Source: Patescibacteria group bacterium (GTDB taxonomy: Bacteria; Patescibacteriota; Microgenomatia; UBA10105; UBA927). Taken from it: a stretch of DNA of 64,000 nucleotides. Both the position numbers and the translations under genes were made by a program. The notes below the pieces were generated by a model, which was given only the letters and a program-made list of their open reading frames with translations, made no database searches and was not told the origin of the DNA. Positions 9,301 through 18,744 of the stretch are shown in pieces (the stretch's first letter is position 1; each line of letters starts with the position of its first letter). Where the stretch lies: contig JBBTWJ010000005.1 in assembly GCA_038062895.1 (NCBI GenBank), positions 131,715 to 195,714 of the forward strand, given 5' to 3'.

Positions 9301-10461
9301 ATGAGAAAATTTCTTGCCCGCATTCCTTATTTATCCATACTGGTTATTTTTAGTGTGCTATCGGTCGGGGGATTGGTCTATGCATATCAGATGATAGGGA
9401 GTCTAAACAATAGCATTGCTTCAGAACAAAAACAACTTGATGAGACGAAGCAAACCTTAGTGACAGTCCAAAGCGAAGACCAGTACGTAAAAAATAAAAC
9501 ACTAGAGGCGACCATAAGTGCAATAGAAAAAACATATGGCACGACCGTGAAGATGTATGAGGAAGTCCTTTCGCTCAAAGAGTTTACAAAAGACGGAACG
9601 ATATTTGATGGATCCATTTCCGCGGTGTTGACGTTCCTCTCTAAACGTGAGTATGCGTCTGCCTCCGCGATGCTTGATACTATTGCGCGGGACACCAAAG
9701 CGCTCCGCGCAAAGCTCGCAAGCCAAGCTCAATCAATACCGGCAAATGTCGTAGCGGACAATACGCTTCCGGGGGGAGGATTTCGTAGGCAGTCGGTAAA
9801 AAATGAGTTTGGTACGTATCTCGTCGATGTGATTGCCGCGGACCTTTCTTCAACAAGGGCGATAGTCGATACCGCATCGGATAAGGATTGTGGAAATGAC
9901 TGTCCGACGCTGTCCCTGGGAGAATATGTATCCCGAAACGGAGGATACGCCGGGGTAAACGGCTCATACTTCTGTCCGAAAGAGTACCCGAGCTGCGCCG
10001 GGAAGACGAATACCTTTGATACGCTCCTCATGAATAAAAATAAAACGTACTTTAACTCCGATAATAATGTTTACAGCACCGTGCCGGCAGTGATATTTTT
10101 GGGGGGATCTGCCCGGTTTGTGGGAAAGTCGCTCGAATGGGGGAGAGACACGGGAGCTGATGGAGTGCTGGCCAATCAGCCATTGCTTCTCATGGGTGGT
10201 AACGTCCAGTTCGGCGGCGATGATGATCCGAAGAAAGGCTCGAGGGGGTCACGAAGTTTCGTGGGGAGCCGGGGGAGCACGGTGTATATTGGGGTTGTCC
10301 ATGGCGCGACGGTCGCGGAGGTCGCCCATGTGCTCAAAGCGATGGGAGTGGAAAATGCGATTAATCTGGACAGTGGAGGGTCGGTGGCACTCTGGTACAA
10401 TGGATATAAAGCAGGACCTGGGAGAAATATTCCCAATGCGATAGTACTAGTAAGAAGATAA
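9301..10461 (+). CDS. phosphodiester glycosidase-family protein (NAGPA-like), membrane anchored
   Basis: N-terminal TM helix and coiled-coil region. C-terminal domain ends with the family motif 'AINLDSGGSVALWYNG'. Confidence 0.5.
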   Translation: MRKFLARIPYLSILVIFSVLSVGGLVYAYQMIGSLNNSIASEQKQLDETKQTLVTVQSEDQYVKNKTLEATISAIEKTYGTTVKMYEEVLSLKEFTKDGTIFDGSISAVLTFLSKREYASASAMLDTIARDTKALRAKLASQAQSIPANVVADNTLPGGGFRRQSVKNEFGTYLVDVIAADLSSTRAIVDTASDKDCGNDCPTLSLGEYVSRNGGYAGVNGSYFCPKEYPSCAGKTNTFDTLLMNKNKTYFNSDNNVYSTVPAVIFLGGSARFVGKSLEWGRDTGADGVLANQPLLLMGGNVQFGGDDDPKKGSRGSRSFVGSRGSTVYIGVVHGATVAEVAHVLKAMGVENAINLDSGGSVALWYNGYKAGPGRNIPNAIVLVRR

Positions 10462-10619
10462 CAGGATTTATGCCAGGTAGTAGAAACTCGATACAAAATT
10501 TTATCCGATTTTAAAATCATGATTATAAATACAATGATTGTCGAGTCCAAAATAGTGCTATAAATCTTGAAAATTTTGTTTCCTCGCTAAGGCGAGGGAT
10601 CGAGTTTTCACTACCTGGT

Positions 10620-12104
10620 ATGCCGGAAGAATTTTTTGAAGTCTTAAGCAATCATGCGACGCCGCCGGTCTACCGTCATTTCAATGGAAAAGAATGGGTG
10701 GAGAGTGCGAGTGGAAAGACCGTCGAGGTTCGTTCTCCCATTGATGACAGCGTGGTGGGCGTCCTCCAAGTGGTGACCACGGGGGAAATTGACGCGGTAA
10801 TGATGGCTGCTAAAACAGGACAGGTGAAATGGGAAGCGACTCCCCTCAATCAGCGGGTGAAGATCATGCATCTCTCTGCCGACTGGATCCGGCATTTTGA
10901 AGAATATCTCACGACACTGCTTGCCCGCGAAATTGGCAAGACGACAGGAGAGGCTAAAAGTGAGATTGTCAGAACAGCTGACCTCATCGATTACTACGCC
11001 GATGAGGCTCAATCGATGCGTGGGGAGACTCTGGATAGCGATAATTTCCCGGGATACGACAAAGGACGGATCGGACTCATCGAGCGCGTGGCGTGGGGAA
11101 CGGTTCTGGCGATCGCTCCATTTAACTACCCCGTCAATTTATCGGCAAGCAAAATTGCCCCAGCACTTCTGATGGGAAACAGCGTTGTTTTTAAGCCACC
11201 GACACAAGGTGGCATCAGTGCTCTCCATCTCGTGCAAGCATTTCTCAAAGCCGGTGTCCCGGAAGGAGTGCTCACCTGCGTGACCGGGACGGGCGCGGAT
11301 ATTGGTGATTATCTCGTTTCTCATACGGGCATCGACTGTATTACTTTTACGGGAAGTTCTGATACCGGAGAGGCGATAGCCAAGCATGCCGGTATGAAGC
11401 CGTTAGTGTTTGAGTGCGGCGGCAATAATCCGGCTTTAGTCCTCCCTGACGCGGATATGAATCTCACGGCCCGCGAGATTATCAAAGGCGCATTTTCCTA
11501 TGCCGGGCAGCGGTGTACGGCGATAAAATACATCCTTGCCATGCCCTCGACGATGGAACAATTATTGCCGGTGTTACGCAAAGAGTTTGGGGAATCAGTG
11601 AAGATGGGTGACCCCCGCAGTCCGGAAACGAAAATGGTGGGGCCGGTCATTTCTGTGGGAGCTGCCGAACACATCCAATCGCTTATCGATGAGACGGTGA
11701 AGGCAGGAGCCAAGATTGTGTCCGGAGGGAAAAGAAATAATGCTTACATTGAACCCACGATTCTTTCCGGTGTCCGGCCGGAGATGCCGGCAGTCGCTCA
11801 GGAAGTGTTCGGGCCGGTGGTCTCACTCATTACCGTCAAGGATGTGAGCGAAGCCACGGGGATCATTAACGCGTCGCGATTTGGACTTCAGGCTTCTGTG
11901 TTCACAAAAGATGAGGGAGCGGGGATAGTCGTTGCTAAACAGTTGAGCGTCGGAACCGTGCAAATTAATGGGAGCCCACAACGCGGTCCCGATCACTTCC
12001 CATTCTTGGGCGTCAAACGATCAGGATTAGGCGTGCAAGGGGTACGGTATTCTCTGGAAGAAATGAGCCGCTTGCGGCCCATTGTCATCAATAAGCCGCA
12101 GTAA
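10620..12104 (+). CDS. gapN: NAD(P)+-dependent aldehyde dehydrogenase, non-phosphorylating GAPDH (GapN)-like
   Basis: ALDH superfamily with catalytic Glu in 'VFECGGNNP' and catalytic Cys in 'YAGQRCTAIKY'. Start codon is embedded in the conserved ...CACTACCTGGTATG motif. Confidence 0.75.
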   Translation: MPEEFFEVLSNHATPPVYRHFNGKEWVESASGKTVEVRSPIDDSVVGVLQVVTTGEIDAVMMAAKTGQVKWEATPLNQRVKIMHLSADWIRHFEEYLTTLLAREIGKTTGEAKSEIVRTADLIDYYADEAQSMRGETLDSDNFPGYDKGRIGLIERVAWGTVLAIAPFNYPVNLSASKIAPALLMGNSVVFKPPTQGGISALHLVQAFLKAGVPEGVLTCVTGTGADIGDYLVSHTGIDCITFTGSSDTGEAIAKHAGMKPLVFECGGNNPALVLPDADMNLTAREIIKGAFSYAGQRCTAIKYILAMPSTMEQLLPVLRKEFGESVKMGDPRSPETKMVGPVISVGAAEHIQSLIDETVKAGAKIVSGGKRNNAYIEPTILSGVRPEMPAVAQEVFGPVVSLITVKDVSEATGIINASRFGLQASVFTKDEGAGIVVAKQLSVGTVQINGSPQRGPDHFPFLGVKRSGLGVQGVRYSLEEMSRLRPIVINKPQ

Positions 12105-12162
12105 ATCGAGAAAATGCTTTCTCGGGATCAGCACACTAGCGTTATCGATTACTTTATTTAAT

Positions 12163-12194
12163 AGACAAAATAAACCACGTGGTGTATTTTGTCA
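12163..12194. repeat. 32-bp near-palindromic direct repeat, copy 1 (AGACAAAATAAACCACGTGGTGTATTTTGTCA)
   Basis: Exact 32/32 match to 12966..12997. Core CACGTG palindrome with flanking inverted arms AAAATA/TATTTT. Confidence 0.9.
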
Positions 12195-12262
12195 TCTTTC
12201 CTTGAGAGCTTTTTGATTTTATTCTATCTTTAATGGTAATGAGTGGGAGATTCCAGAAGTAT

Positions 12263-12962
12263 CTAGACATCAAAGAAATCGCGGAAGCTTTGGTCGTTTT
12301 CAATCGCAGCTACGCGGAATATTCGGACGTATTTCCCGATCCCTAGATATTCACGAAGAAATATGAGTTCTTTGACGCATGGATATGCGTGAAGGTACAT
12401 ACTCTCGTGTAGGGGATAGAACCGCCAGACGCGAAGATATTCACGGAAATATGTACGAAGGTGATCCAGGGCGCGTGGTATATCATAGCTGACGAGACAC
12501 CACGTTTCGTCCCAGCGTGCGGGTTTTTCTATAGTGATTTCATCAAGCGCATATTTGAGTACGCGCCGTTTTCCGTTTTGTGTGAGCGTGATAACGTCGG
12601 CGTCACCTTCTTTGGAAATTTGTACAAGCTTTGCTTGCTCAAGGCGCGCGAGGGTGCGTTTGAGGTAGCTTAAGTTAAAGCGCTTCCATGTTGGGTCATC
12701 GTCATTATGATGAGTATTCAGAAATGGCTTGAGGACCATGGGGAGAGTGGGGAAGGCAAGCGAGGCAGCGATGAACGCTCCGGCGCCGACGAGTTTGAGC
12801 ACCAGTGCGACTTTTGCATATTTTTCTGTCCGTTCTTGGCGATCTATCTTATGAAGAAGTGATTGGCAAAGCGTTGCGATTTCTGCTTCCGTTTTTTCGG
12901 TAAGCGGCAGGTTTTCAATTTTTTGTTTAGGCTTTCTTGGACGAACTCGAAGCGAATTCATG
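12263..12962 (-). CDS. membrane-anchored protein with a PaaX-C-terminal-like domain (hypothetical)
   Basis: 'WDETWCLVSYDIP...LRxxLxxxxFYPLHESMYL' resembles the PaaX_C domain. One TM helix. Start taken at the internal Met at 12962 because the upstream part of the long ORF overlaps the repeat and looks non-coding. Confidence 0.45.
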
Positions 12963-12965
12963 GTA

Positions 12966-12997
12966 GAGACAAAATAAACCACGTGGTGTATTTTGTC
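12966..12997. repeat. 32-bp near-palindromic direct repeat, copy 2
   Basis: Identical to 12163..12194. Lies immediately upstream of the PaaX-like gene start. Confidence 0.9.
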
Positions 12998-13092
12998 AAG
13001 ATTACTGAGATTACAGAAATGGGGAGATAAGATCCAGCACATTGGCGCCCGGCCATTGATTTTCAGAGAGAGTGAGAGTACTCTAGGTGTTG

Positions 13093-13755
13093 ATGGTTGG
13101 ACTTGACCAAAAAGCGGAAATTTCTCCAATACTTCCCGAGCCCACGGAATCGGTTCTTGGTGGAGTAGGGGACGGGAGACCTCGCGTGTCTTTCGGAATA
13201 ATATTAGGTCAGAGAGCAGCAGAGGACCCTACGCCCGTACAGCAAAAAATTTTCGATATTTCCCATCCCAAAGTACGCTACCGTTTAGCGCAGAGCGTGC
13301 ACTATTGGGATCATGCAACGGGTGGCCAAAAAGTTGCTCCGGGGTTTGAAACGATTACCTATGCAAATGATAGAGGTGTTATTGTTATAGATCCATTCTC
13401 TGAACGGACAAGCGATATCATGCAGCCCGAAGAGTTTGCGAGACAAACGGCGAACAGCGATGGCGTTTTTTCTTTGGATTTGGCAACCGCGCGGCATACA
13501 TTTAGAGTAAGGAATCCTTCTATTTTTCCTTTCGTTAAGGAGGCATTTAATGCGGTAGAAGAACTTCTTTTTCATGGACAGAGTATAGCAGCGTTGGAAA
13601 CATATGATGGAGATCTAAGCCGATCAGAGTTAGAGACCCTTAAGTCGCGAAGAATGAAGCTTTTATTCAAGAGAGATTGGGATTTTGACCCAAAGAGTAA
13701 GCAGCCAAAGCAAAAATGGGATTGGAAACCTCAATATCCACAGATTAAATTTTAA
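13093..13755 (+). CDS. hypothetical protein
   Basis: Long ORF with no recognised motif. The first ATG is at 13093, and the ORF tool used a GTG at 13087. Confidence 0.3.
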   Translation: MVGLDQKAEISPILPEPTESVLGGVGDGRPRVSFGIILGQRAAEDPTPVQQKIFDISHPKVRYRLAQSVHYWDHATGGQKVAPGFETITYANDRGVIVIDPFSERTSDIMQPEEFARQTANSDGVFSLDLATARHTFRVRNPSIFPFVKEAFNAVEELLFHGQSIAALETYDGDLSRSELETLKSRRMKLLFKRDWDFDPKSKQPKQKWDWKPQYPQIKF

Positions 13756-13774
13756 TTTGTAGTAAATTATCGTT

Positions 13775-13795
13775 TTATTCCCACTCCATAGTCGC
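13775..13795 (-). other. diverged duplicate of the guaA 3' end (encodes ATMEWE-stop)
   Basis: The reverse complement reads gcg act atg gag tgg gaa taa, matching the real guaA terminus gcc acc atg gaa tgg gag tag at 13844..13864. A 47-bp hairpin-containing spacer separates them. Confidence 0.6.
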
Positions 13796-13843
13796 CGGGG
13801 GCTTGCCCCGCACCAGGCGGTGCGGGACTGCGCAGGTTTATCA

Positions 13844-15367
13844 CTACTCCCATTCCATGGTGGCAGGCGGCTTGGTGGTGATGTCGTAGACAACTCTGGA
13901 GACATTGGGGACTTCGTTGACGATGCGGGAAGAAATCTTGGCGAGCACGTCATAGGGGATGCGCGTCCATTGGCTGGTCATAATATCTTTTGACTCGTAT
14001 GCGCGGATAGCGACGACTTCGGCAAAAACTCTTCCATCACCCTTTACGGCTGTAGAATACGCGCCAGTCATGACAGCGAAGCATTGAAAAACCTTGTTGT
14101 AGAGTTTGGCGGTCCTCATTTCTTCGACCACGATACTATCAGCAATCTTGACTTGATCGAGACGAATAGGGCTGACTTCTCCTCGGACGCGTACCGCGTA
14201 ACCGGGGCCGGGGAACGGCTGTTCGCCCACGATATCCTCCGGCAGCCCCGCGAGGCGACCTAACTCGCGCACCTCGTCTTTATAAAAATTCCGTAAAGGC
14301 TCGAGGAGTGTGAGCTTCATGTCTTTAGGCAGGCCACCAACGTTATGGTGGGATTTGATATGGGAGGCGTGGCGGCTTCCTTTACTTTCGATCACGTCGG
14401 AGTAAATCGTTCCCTGGCCCAGAAATTTTGCGTCCTGATGCTTTATTGCCTGTTCCTGAAAAATATCGATATAGAGTTTGCCAATAGTTTTTCTTTTGAT
14501 TTCCGGATCAGTGACTCCCTTGAGTGCATCCATAAATCGTTTTTTAGCGTCGATAATGACTAAATTAGCGTGAATAAGCTTAGTGAAGATGTGACGCACC
14601 CGTTTATCTGTATCAGGCCGCATCAGACCACTCTCAACATAAACGGGAATTAAGTTTTTCCCAATTGCTTTACCGATGAGAAATGCCACGACGGTCGAAT
14701 CCACGCCACCGGAAACTGCGCAGATGACTTTACTATTATCAACAGTTTTTTTAATCGAGCCAATTATGCTTTTGGGATTTAATACAAAAGGAGAGAGAGT
14801 CTCGCCGCAGACGTCGACGGCGAAGTTTTTCAATAGTTCGGCTCCGTGTTCGGTATGATCCGCTTCCGGGTGAAATTGGACCCCAAATAATTTTTCTTTT
14901 TCGTTAATAACTGCGGCATATCGCACTTGCTTGGTCGATCCCATTGCCGTAAATCCCTTTGGCAGCTTTGTGACGGTGTCGCCGTGAGACATGATGACGG
15001 TGCCGGAATGTAATTTCATAAGGTACTTCCTTGCAGGATTGCAAGGAAGTACCTTGAAAAACTCCGGACCGTATTCTTTTTTCGAGTGTTTGACCGCGCC
15101 TCCCAACAGATGCGCCATGAGTTGCCAGCCGTAGCAGATTCCTAACACCGGCAGACCGAGCTTGAATATCTGTCTATCAACGGAAAGAGAGGCGTCGTGG
15201 CTGATATCGTTGGGGCCGCCGGAGAGGATAATTCCTTTTGGATGTTTCGTCTTGACGGTAGCTAGTGCGTCTTCGGGATCGGAATATTCGACGGCGACAC
15301 CGAGAGCGCGGAGACGGCGGCCGATGAGGTGGGCAGTTTGGCTCCCAAAATCGATGATGAGGATCAT
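13844..15367 (-). CDS. guaA: GMP synthase (glutamine-hydrolysing)
   Basis: Class I glutamine amidotransferase with catalytic Cys in 'GICYGWQ', an ATP-PPase 'SGGVDS' P-loop, and a C-terminal dimerisation domain. Start at the internal Met (MILIIDFG). Confidence 0.9.
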   Translation of the reverse strand: MILIIDFGSQTAHLIGRRLRALGVAVEYSDPEDALATVKTKHPKGIILSGGPNDISHDASLSVDRQIFKLGLPVLGICYGWQLMAHLLGGAVKHSKKEYGPEFFKVLPCNPARKYLMKLHSGTVIMSHGDTVTKLPKGFTAMGSTKQVRYAAVINEKEKLFGVQFHPEADHTEHGAELLKNFAVDVCGETLSPFVLNPKSIIGSIKKTVDNSKVICAVSGGVDSTVVAFLIGKAIGKNLIPVYVESGLMRPDTDKRVRHIFTKLIHANLVIIDAKKRFMDALKGVTDPEIKRKTIGKLYIDIFQEQAIKHQDAKFLGQGTIYSDVIESKGSRHASHIKSHHNVGGLPKDMKLTLLEPLRNFYKDEVRELGRLAGLPEDIVGEQPFPGPGYAVRVRGEVSPIRLDQVKIADSIVVEEMRTAKLYNKVFQCFAVMTGAYSTAVKGDGRVFAEVVAIRAYESKDIMTSQWTRIPYDVLAKISSRIVNEVPNVSRVVYDITTKPPATMEWE

Positions 15368-15368
15368 A

Positions 15369-15563
15369 TTAGTTGAGCCTTTCTGGATGTTTGACGTTAT
15401 TATCGCGATCAGCCCGTTGGGCCGGTGAAGGATCCGCATCTCGTTTTAAGTATTCATCCGGGTCACTTTTGCCGACTATTTTGGCACGCTCTTCTTCGAG
15501 CACTTCGTCAAGTGTCGCTTTTCTTGGTGTTGTTTTGTTTACCAGTGGACTTTCGGTGCTCAT
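15369..15563 (-). CDS. small acidic hypothetical protein, stop-start coupled to guaA
   Basis: 64-codon ORF whose stop abuts the guaA ATG and whose start abuts the upstream PRTase stop. Highly charged, with no recognisable motif. Confidence 0.25.
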   Translation of the reverse strand: MSTESPLVNKTTPRKATLDEVLEEERAKIVGKSDPDEYLKRDADPSPAQRADRDNNVKHPERLN

Positions 15564-15565
15564 GG

Positions 15566-16213
15566 TTATGGCTTAATAACGACTGTATCATGTTTGCCGA
15601 TTTCGATAACGTGGATGCAGGAGTAGACCTTGATGCCGAGCTTGGCAACTTCCTCCAGTCCCCCTTGGAATACTTTATCAAACAGTACCGCAAACCCGGC
15701 GACTTTGACCCCGCGCTTGAGGAGTCCTTCGATGATTGAAGAGCCCGTCCCGCCGGTTGCGCAGACGTCGTCAACCAACAGCACGCGGTCATGGGGCAAC
15801 ACAAACGAAAGGTTGATGCCGGAGAACACCGTCATGCCACTATTACTTGTGGTAAATGACCGCGTTTCGGCGCGGAAAATATCTTTCCAGGTGGTTGGGA
15901 CATTTTGATCTTTGCGGGAACTATGGAGCCGGAGCGAGGGATTGTCCAGAGCAAGAGCAACGGCGGTGGCCAAGTAATTGCCGGAGTGGGGGATGCCATG
16001 GACGATATCAATTTTTTCATCTTTAAATTCGTGAGCGATCAGACGCGCAGCAGCAGCCAAAACAGAAGGCTTCATGCGAAGGTTAAAGGATGAGGCGGAA
16101 ACGTATCCACGCTCGAGATCAATGACTTTGGCATCGCGGAGGAATTCCTGGTGGAGAAAGTCGCGATCCTTTTTCAGATCTTCTGGAGCCATGTTACAGT
16201 ATACCACTTTCAC
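15566..16213 (-). CDS. type I phosphoribosyltransferase (orotate/adenine PRTase-like)
   Basis: PRPP-binding motif 'VLLVDDVCATGGT'. About 215 aa, the PyrE/Apt size class. Confidence 0.55.
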   Translation of the reverse strand: MKVVYCNMAPEDLKKDRDFLHQEFLRDAKVIDLERGYVSASSFNLRMKPSVLAAAARLIAHEFKDEKIDIVHGIPHSGNYLATAVALALDNPSLRLHSSRKDQNVPTTWKDIFRAETRSFTTSNSGMTVFSGINLSFVLPHDRVLLVDDVCATGGTGSSIIEGLLKRGVKVAGFAVLFDKVFQGGLEEVAKLGIKVYSCIHVIEIGKHDTVVIKP

Positions 16214-16532
16214 CTTTATTTTCTTGCAGCGCTGCTATGGTTTGTTGAGCTGCTACGATTCTTTCATAAACTGGACCACAAGCACGTGCGGTGTTTATTT
16301 TTCCTGAATTTACTAGCATGGTAAGTTCAGCGGTTGTGAGCGTGCAAGGACCAGGCCATGCACCTGAACAAAAAGGAACACACGAAGGGTCGCCGTTTGG
16401 AACGGGACATCCCTCGACAACGACAACAGGATCTGATGTGACATCGATAGATATCACGCTACCCAAATTATCAGAAAGGAGAATATAAGAGTCTGTTCTT
16501 ACAAGGGCGGGATCTGCATCAAGTTTTTTCAT
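16194..16532 (-). CDS. hypothetical Cys-rich small protein
   Basis: 112-codon ORF overlapping the PRTase start by 20 bp. 'CPVPNGDPSCVPFCSGAWPGPC' Cys cluster. No family recognised. Confidence 0.3.
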   Translation of the reverse strand: MKKLDADPALVRTDSYILLSDNLGSVISIDVTSDPVVVVEGCPVPNGDPSCVPFCSGAWPGPCTLTTAELTMLVNSGKINTARACGPVYERIVAAQQTIAALQENKGESGIL

Positions 16533-16957
16533 GAAATGCTAGTAACGACGTGCTATCGAGGTCCCAAGTTTTTAATATGTTTTATTTTGTTGTCTCTGCG
16601 AGCGTAGCAGCTTCGTCCTCTTGTGAAATTGTTGGTTGCCATAAAATCCTTGGTGGCCAAGTCCATTCAACGAGAACGCCAGCTGCGGGAATGGGGATTA
16701 GCGTTACTTTTTTTGCAGTGGGTAACGGTGTCCTATCGGGGAGACGGAGGTCGCCGGGGTTTTGCATTCCTAGTCGTGTATCTGCAGACATTATATCTCC
16801 TTTTCTGCGCCGGAAATTGTAGTTATATGAATATCACTATCCACCACATCTCGTGCACTCGCCTTACCTACTATTCGTAGCGCGGCTCGTGCTCTCGATT
16901 GTTGGTGGATTGATGGTTACTAAGCTCGTGAATAAGTATTCACTCGCAAAGTAACCA

Positions 16958-16990
16958 ACAAAAAAAGGGCGCGTGTCTAGCCCTATAAGG
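16958..16990 (-). terminator. rho-independent terminator (GGGCTAGACACGCGCCC + T7 on the minus strand)
   Basis: GC-rich hairpin followed by seven T on the minus strand, downstream of the minus-strand PRTase genes. Confidence 0.6.
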
Positions 16991-17034
16991 AGAGAATAGA
17001 GGATAACAAGAGGGAACGTCAAGGGGTTGATTTT

Positions 17035-17070
17035 AAAGCCGAGCTTTCAAATGGCAAAGCTCGGCTTTGG
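17035..17070. terminator. bidirectional terminator hairpin (AAAGCCGAGCTTT-loop-AAAGCTCGGCTTT)
   Basis: Perfect 13-bp inverted repeat with A/T flanks, 5 bp after the stop of the gene at 17075. Confidence 0.65.
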
Positions 17071-17074
17071 GGTT

Positions 17075-17794
17075 CTATTGCCGGACGAGGGAGAACCAGG
17101 CGTCAAAGCCGTTAAGCTTGAGTTTGCCGGGGCGCATAGAGTCGATGGAGAGAAGTGAGATGATTTGAGAATCGGAAAATCCTGCTTCTTTGAGTTTTTC
17201 GCGTCCACCAAACGGCTTTTCGATGACATAGCAAAACCCAACAGGTATAGCTTGGGCTTGCGCGACGATTTGGAGAAGATCAATAGCGGTTTTGCCGGTA
17301 TCCAAAAAGTCGTCGCAGATGAGGACGCGCGCCCCTGCGGGGAGGCAGTCTTTGGCGACGGTGAGATCGACGGACTTGCCGTGGGTGTACGATCGGCTCA
17401 TCGCATGATACGCATTATCGATGGTAATGGGCTGTCCTTTGGGCGCATAGACTACATCAGGAATTGGGGAAAGGTGGATGGCTGTAGCGATCGCGGGGAT
17501 ATTGCCCGATGAAGGGGCGGTAAGAATGATGTCCGGTTGGAGGATAGTTGCCAACGCCGCGAGTTCTTCTCCTATGGCCATAATAAGTTTCGTATTAATG
17601 CGGTGATTGAGGAAATGGGTGACATCTAAAACGAGAAAGCTTTGGTCGCTATCGCTTGGCGAGTAGGTGAACGACCGGGATTGGGCGACGAGCGAGGAGG
17701 CTAAAAGTTTTTGTGCACGGGAGAGAAGAGAAGAGGAGATGGTTTGTAATGCGTCTTTGGGTTCGAGGATGGGTAGGTCCGGGTAGTCATTCAT
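17075..17794 (-). CDS. phosphoribosyltransferase-domain protein with N-terminal extension (xanthine/adenine PRTase- or PurR-like)
   Basis: PRPP loop 'ARVLICDDFLDTGKTA' preceded by an ~80-aa N-terminal region. Confidence 0.5.
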   Translation of the reverse strand: MNDYPDLPILEPKDALQTISSSLLSRAQKLLASSLVAQSRSFTYSPSDSDQSFLVLDVTHFLNHRINTKLIMAIGEELAALATILQPDIILTAPSSGNIPAIATAIHLSPIPDVVYAPKGQPITIDNAYHAMSRSYTHGKSVDLTVAKDCLPAGARVLICDDFLDTGKTAIDLLQIVAQAQAIPVGFCYVIEKPFGGREKLKEAGFSDSQIISLLSIDSMRPGKLKLNGFDAWFSLVRQ

Positions 17795-17797
17795 ATA

Positions 17798-18376
17798 TTA
17801 TTTATGATAATGGTTGTTAACAAATTCGATTTGATTGGTAGTATACCCAAGATGAATAAGAAATGCGCGGATATCCGCTTTTGACTTCCCTTCCTTCATC
17901 ATTGTGGTGGTGAATGTCGTCACCCATTCGGTGACTTCGTGCGGCTGAAGAATCCAGGCGCTGGTTTGTTTGGCATAGAAATCCGGTTTGTATACGGAGT
18001 GGGGTTTGTAAAAAAGCGCGGCGGTGGTGATGGAGGCGGGGTGAAACGTTTTCAGATACCGGATAGCCCGTTTAAACGTCTTGCCGTAGTCGGCGATGTC
18101 ATCGACAAGCAAGATATGTTTGCCCCTGATCTGTTTGCCGAGCTTACTCGTGATCGTGAGCTCTCCTTGTTTTTGGATATCCGTATAGCTTTGGATGGTG
18201 ATGGTGGAGATGGGTTTTTGGAGAAAGTCGGTGAGGATAAGCCCCACGGAGAGCCCGCCGCGAGCGATGGCCACAATTTCATCGATGGGCGTTTTGTGTT
18301 CAAGGATTTGTTCGGCAAGAAGAAGACTCAAGGAGTGAAATTCGTTCCAGGTGACCGGGAGATACTGGCCTGCCAT
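17798..18376 (-). CDS. purine phosphoribosyltransferase (HGPRT/XGPRT-like)
   Basis: 'HILLVDDIADYGKTF' PRPP-binding loop. About 190 aa, the 6-oxopurine PRTase size. Confidence 0.55.
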   Translation of the reverse strand: MAGQYLPVTWNEFHSLSLLLAEQILEHKTPIDEIVAIARGGLSVGLILTDFLQKPISTITIQSYTDIQKQGELTITSKLGKQIRGKHILLVDDIADYGKTFKRAIRYLKTFHPASITTAALFYKPHSVYKPDFYAKQTSAWILQPHEVTEWVTTFTTTMMKEGKSKADIRAFLIHLGYTTNQIEFVNNHYHK

Positions 18377-18458
18377 GCGTTATTATCTCGTGGTCCTTGA
18401 CGGATGTCAATATGACCTTATAATAGGAACATGCCGCGTAGTGAAACTTCAGAAGATT

Positions 18459-18728
18459 ATGTTCTTTTACGTTTATGTATTGAAAAGCGTGGAGAATGAT
18501 CATCTGTATATTGGATCAACAAGTGACCTGGCTCGTCGGGTAAAAGAACATAATCTTGGACTCAGTCCATCAACGAAGCCATATAAACCGTGGAAGCTTA
18601 TATACTATGAAGCATGTCTCAACGAACAAGACGCAAAACGCAGAGAAAAATATATTAAAACCAGTCAAGGAGGGAGACTTCTCAAGCGCAGATTGAAGGA
18701 ATATTTCTTTTCTCTGCGTTTTGCCTGA
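18459..18728 (+). CDS. GIY-YIG nuclease-domain small protein (UPF0213/YhbQ-like), paralog 1
   Basis: 'FYVYVLKS...LYIGSTSDLARRVKEHN' GIY-YIG motif. Start at the internal Met of the ORF-track entry. Confidence 0.7.
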   Translation: MFFYVYVLKSVENDHLYIGSTSDLARRVKEHNLGLSPSTKPYKPWKLIYYEACLNEQDAKRREKYIKTSQGGRLLKRRLKEYFFSLRFA

Positions 18729-18744
18729 AGTTCTACTACCCGGT

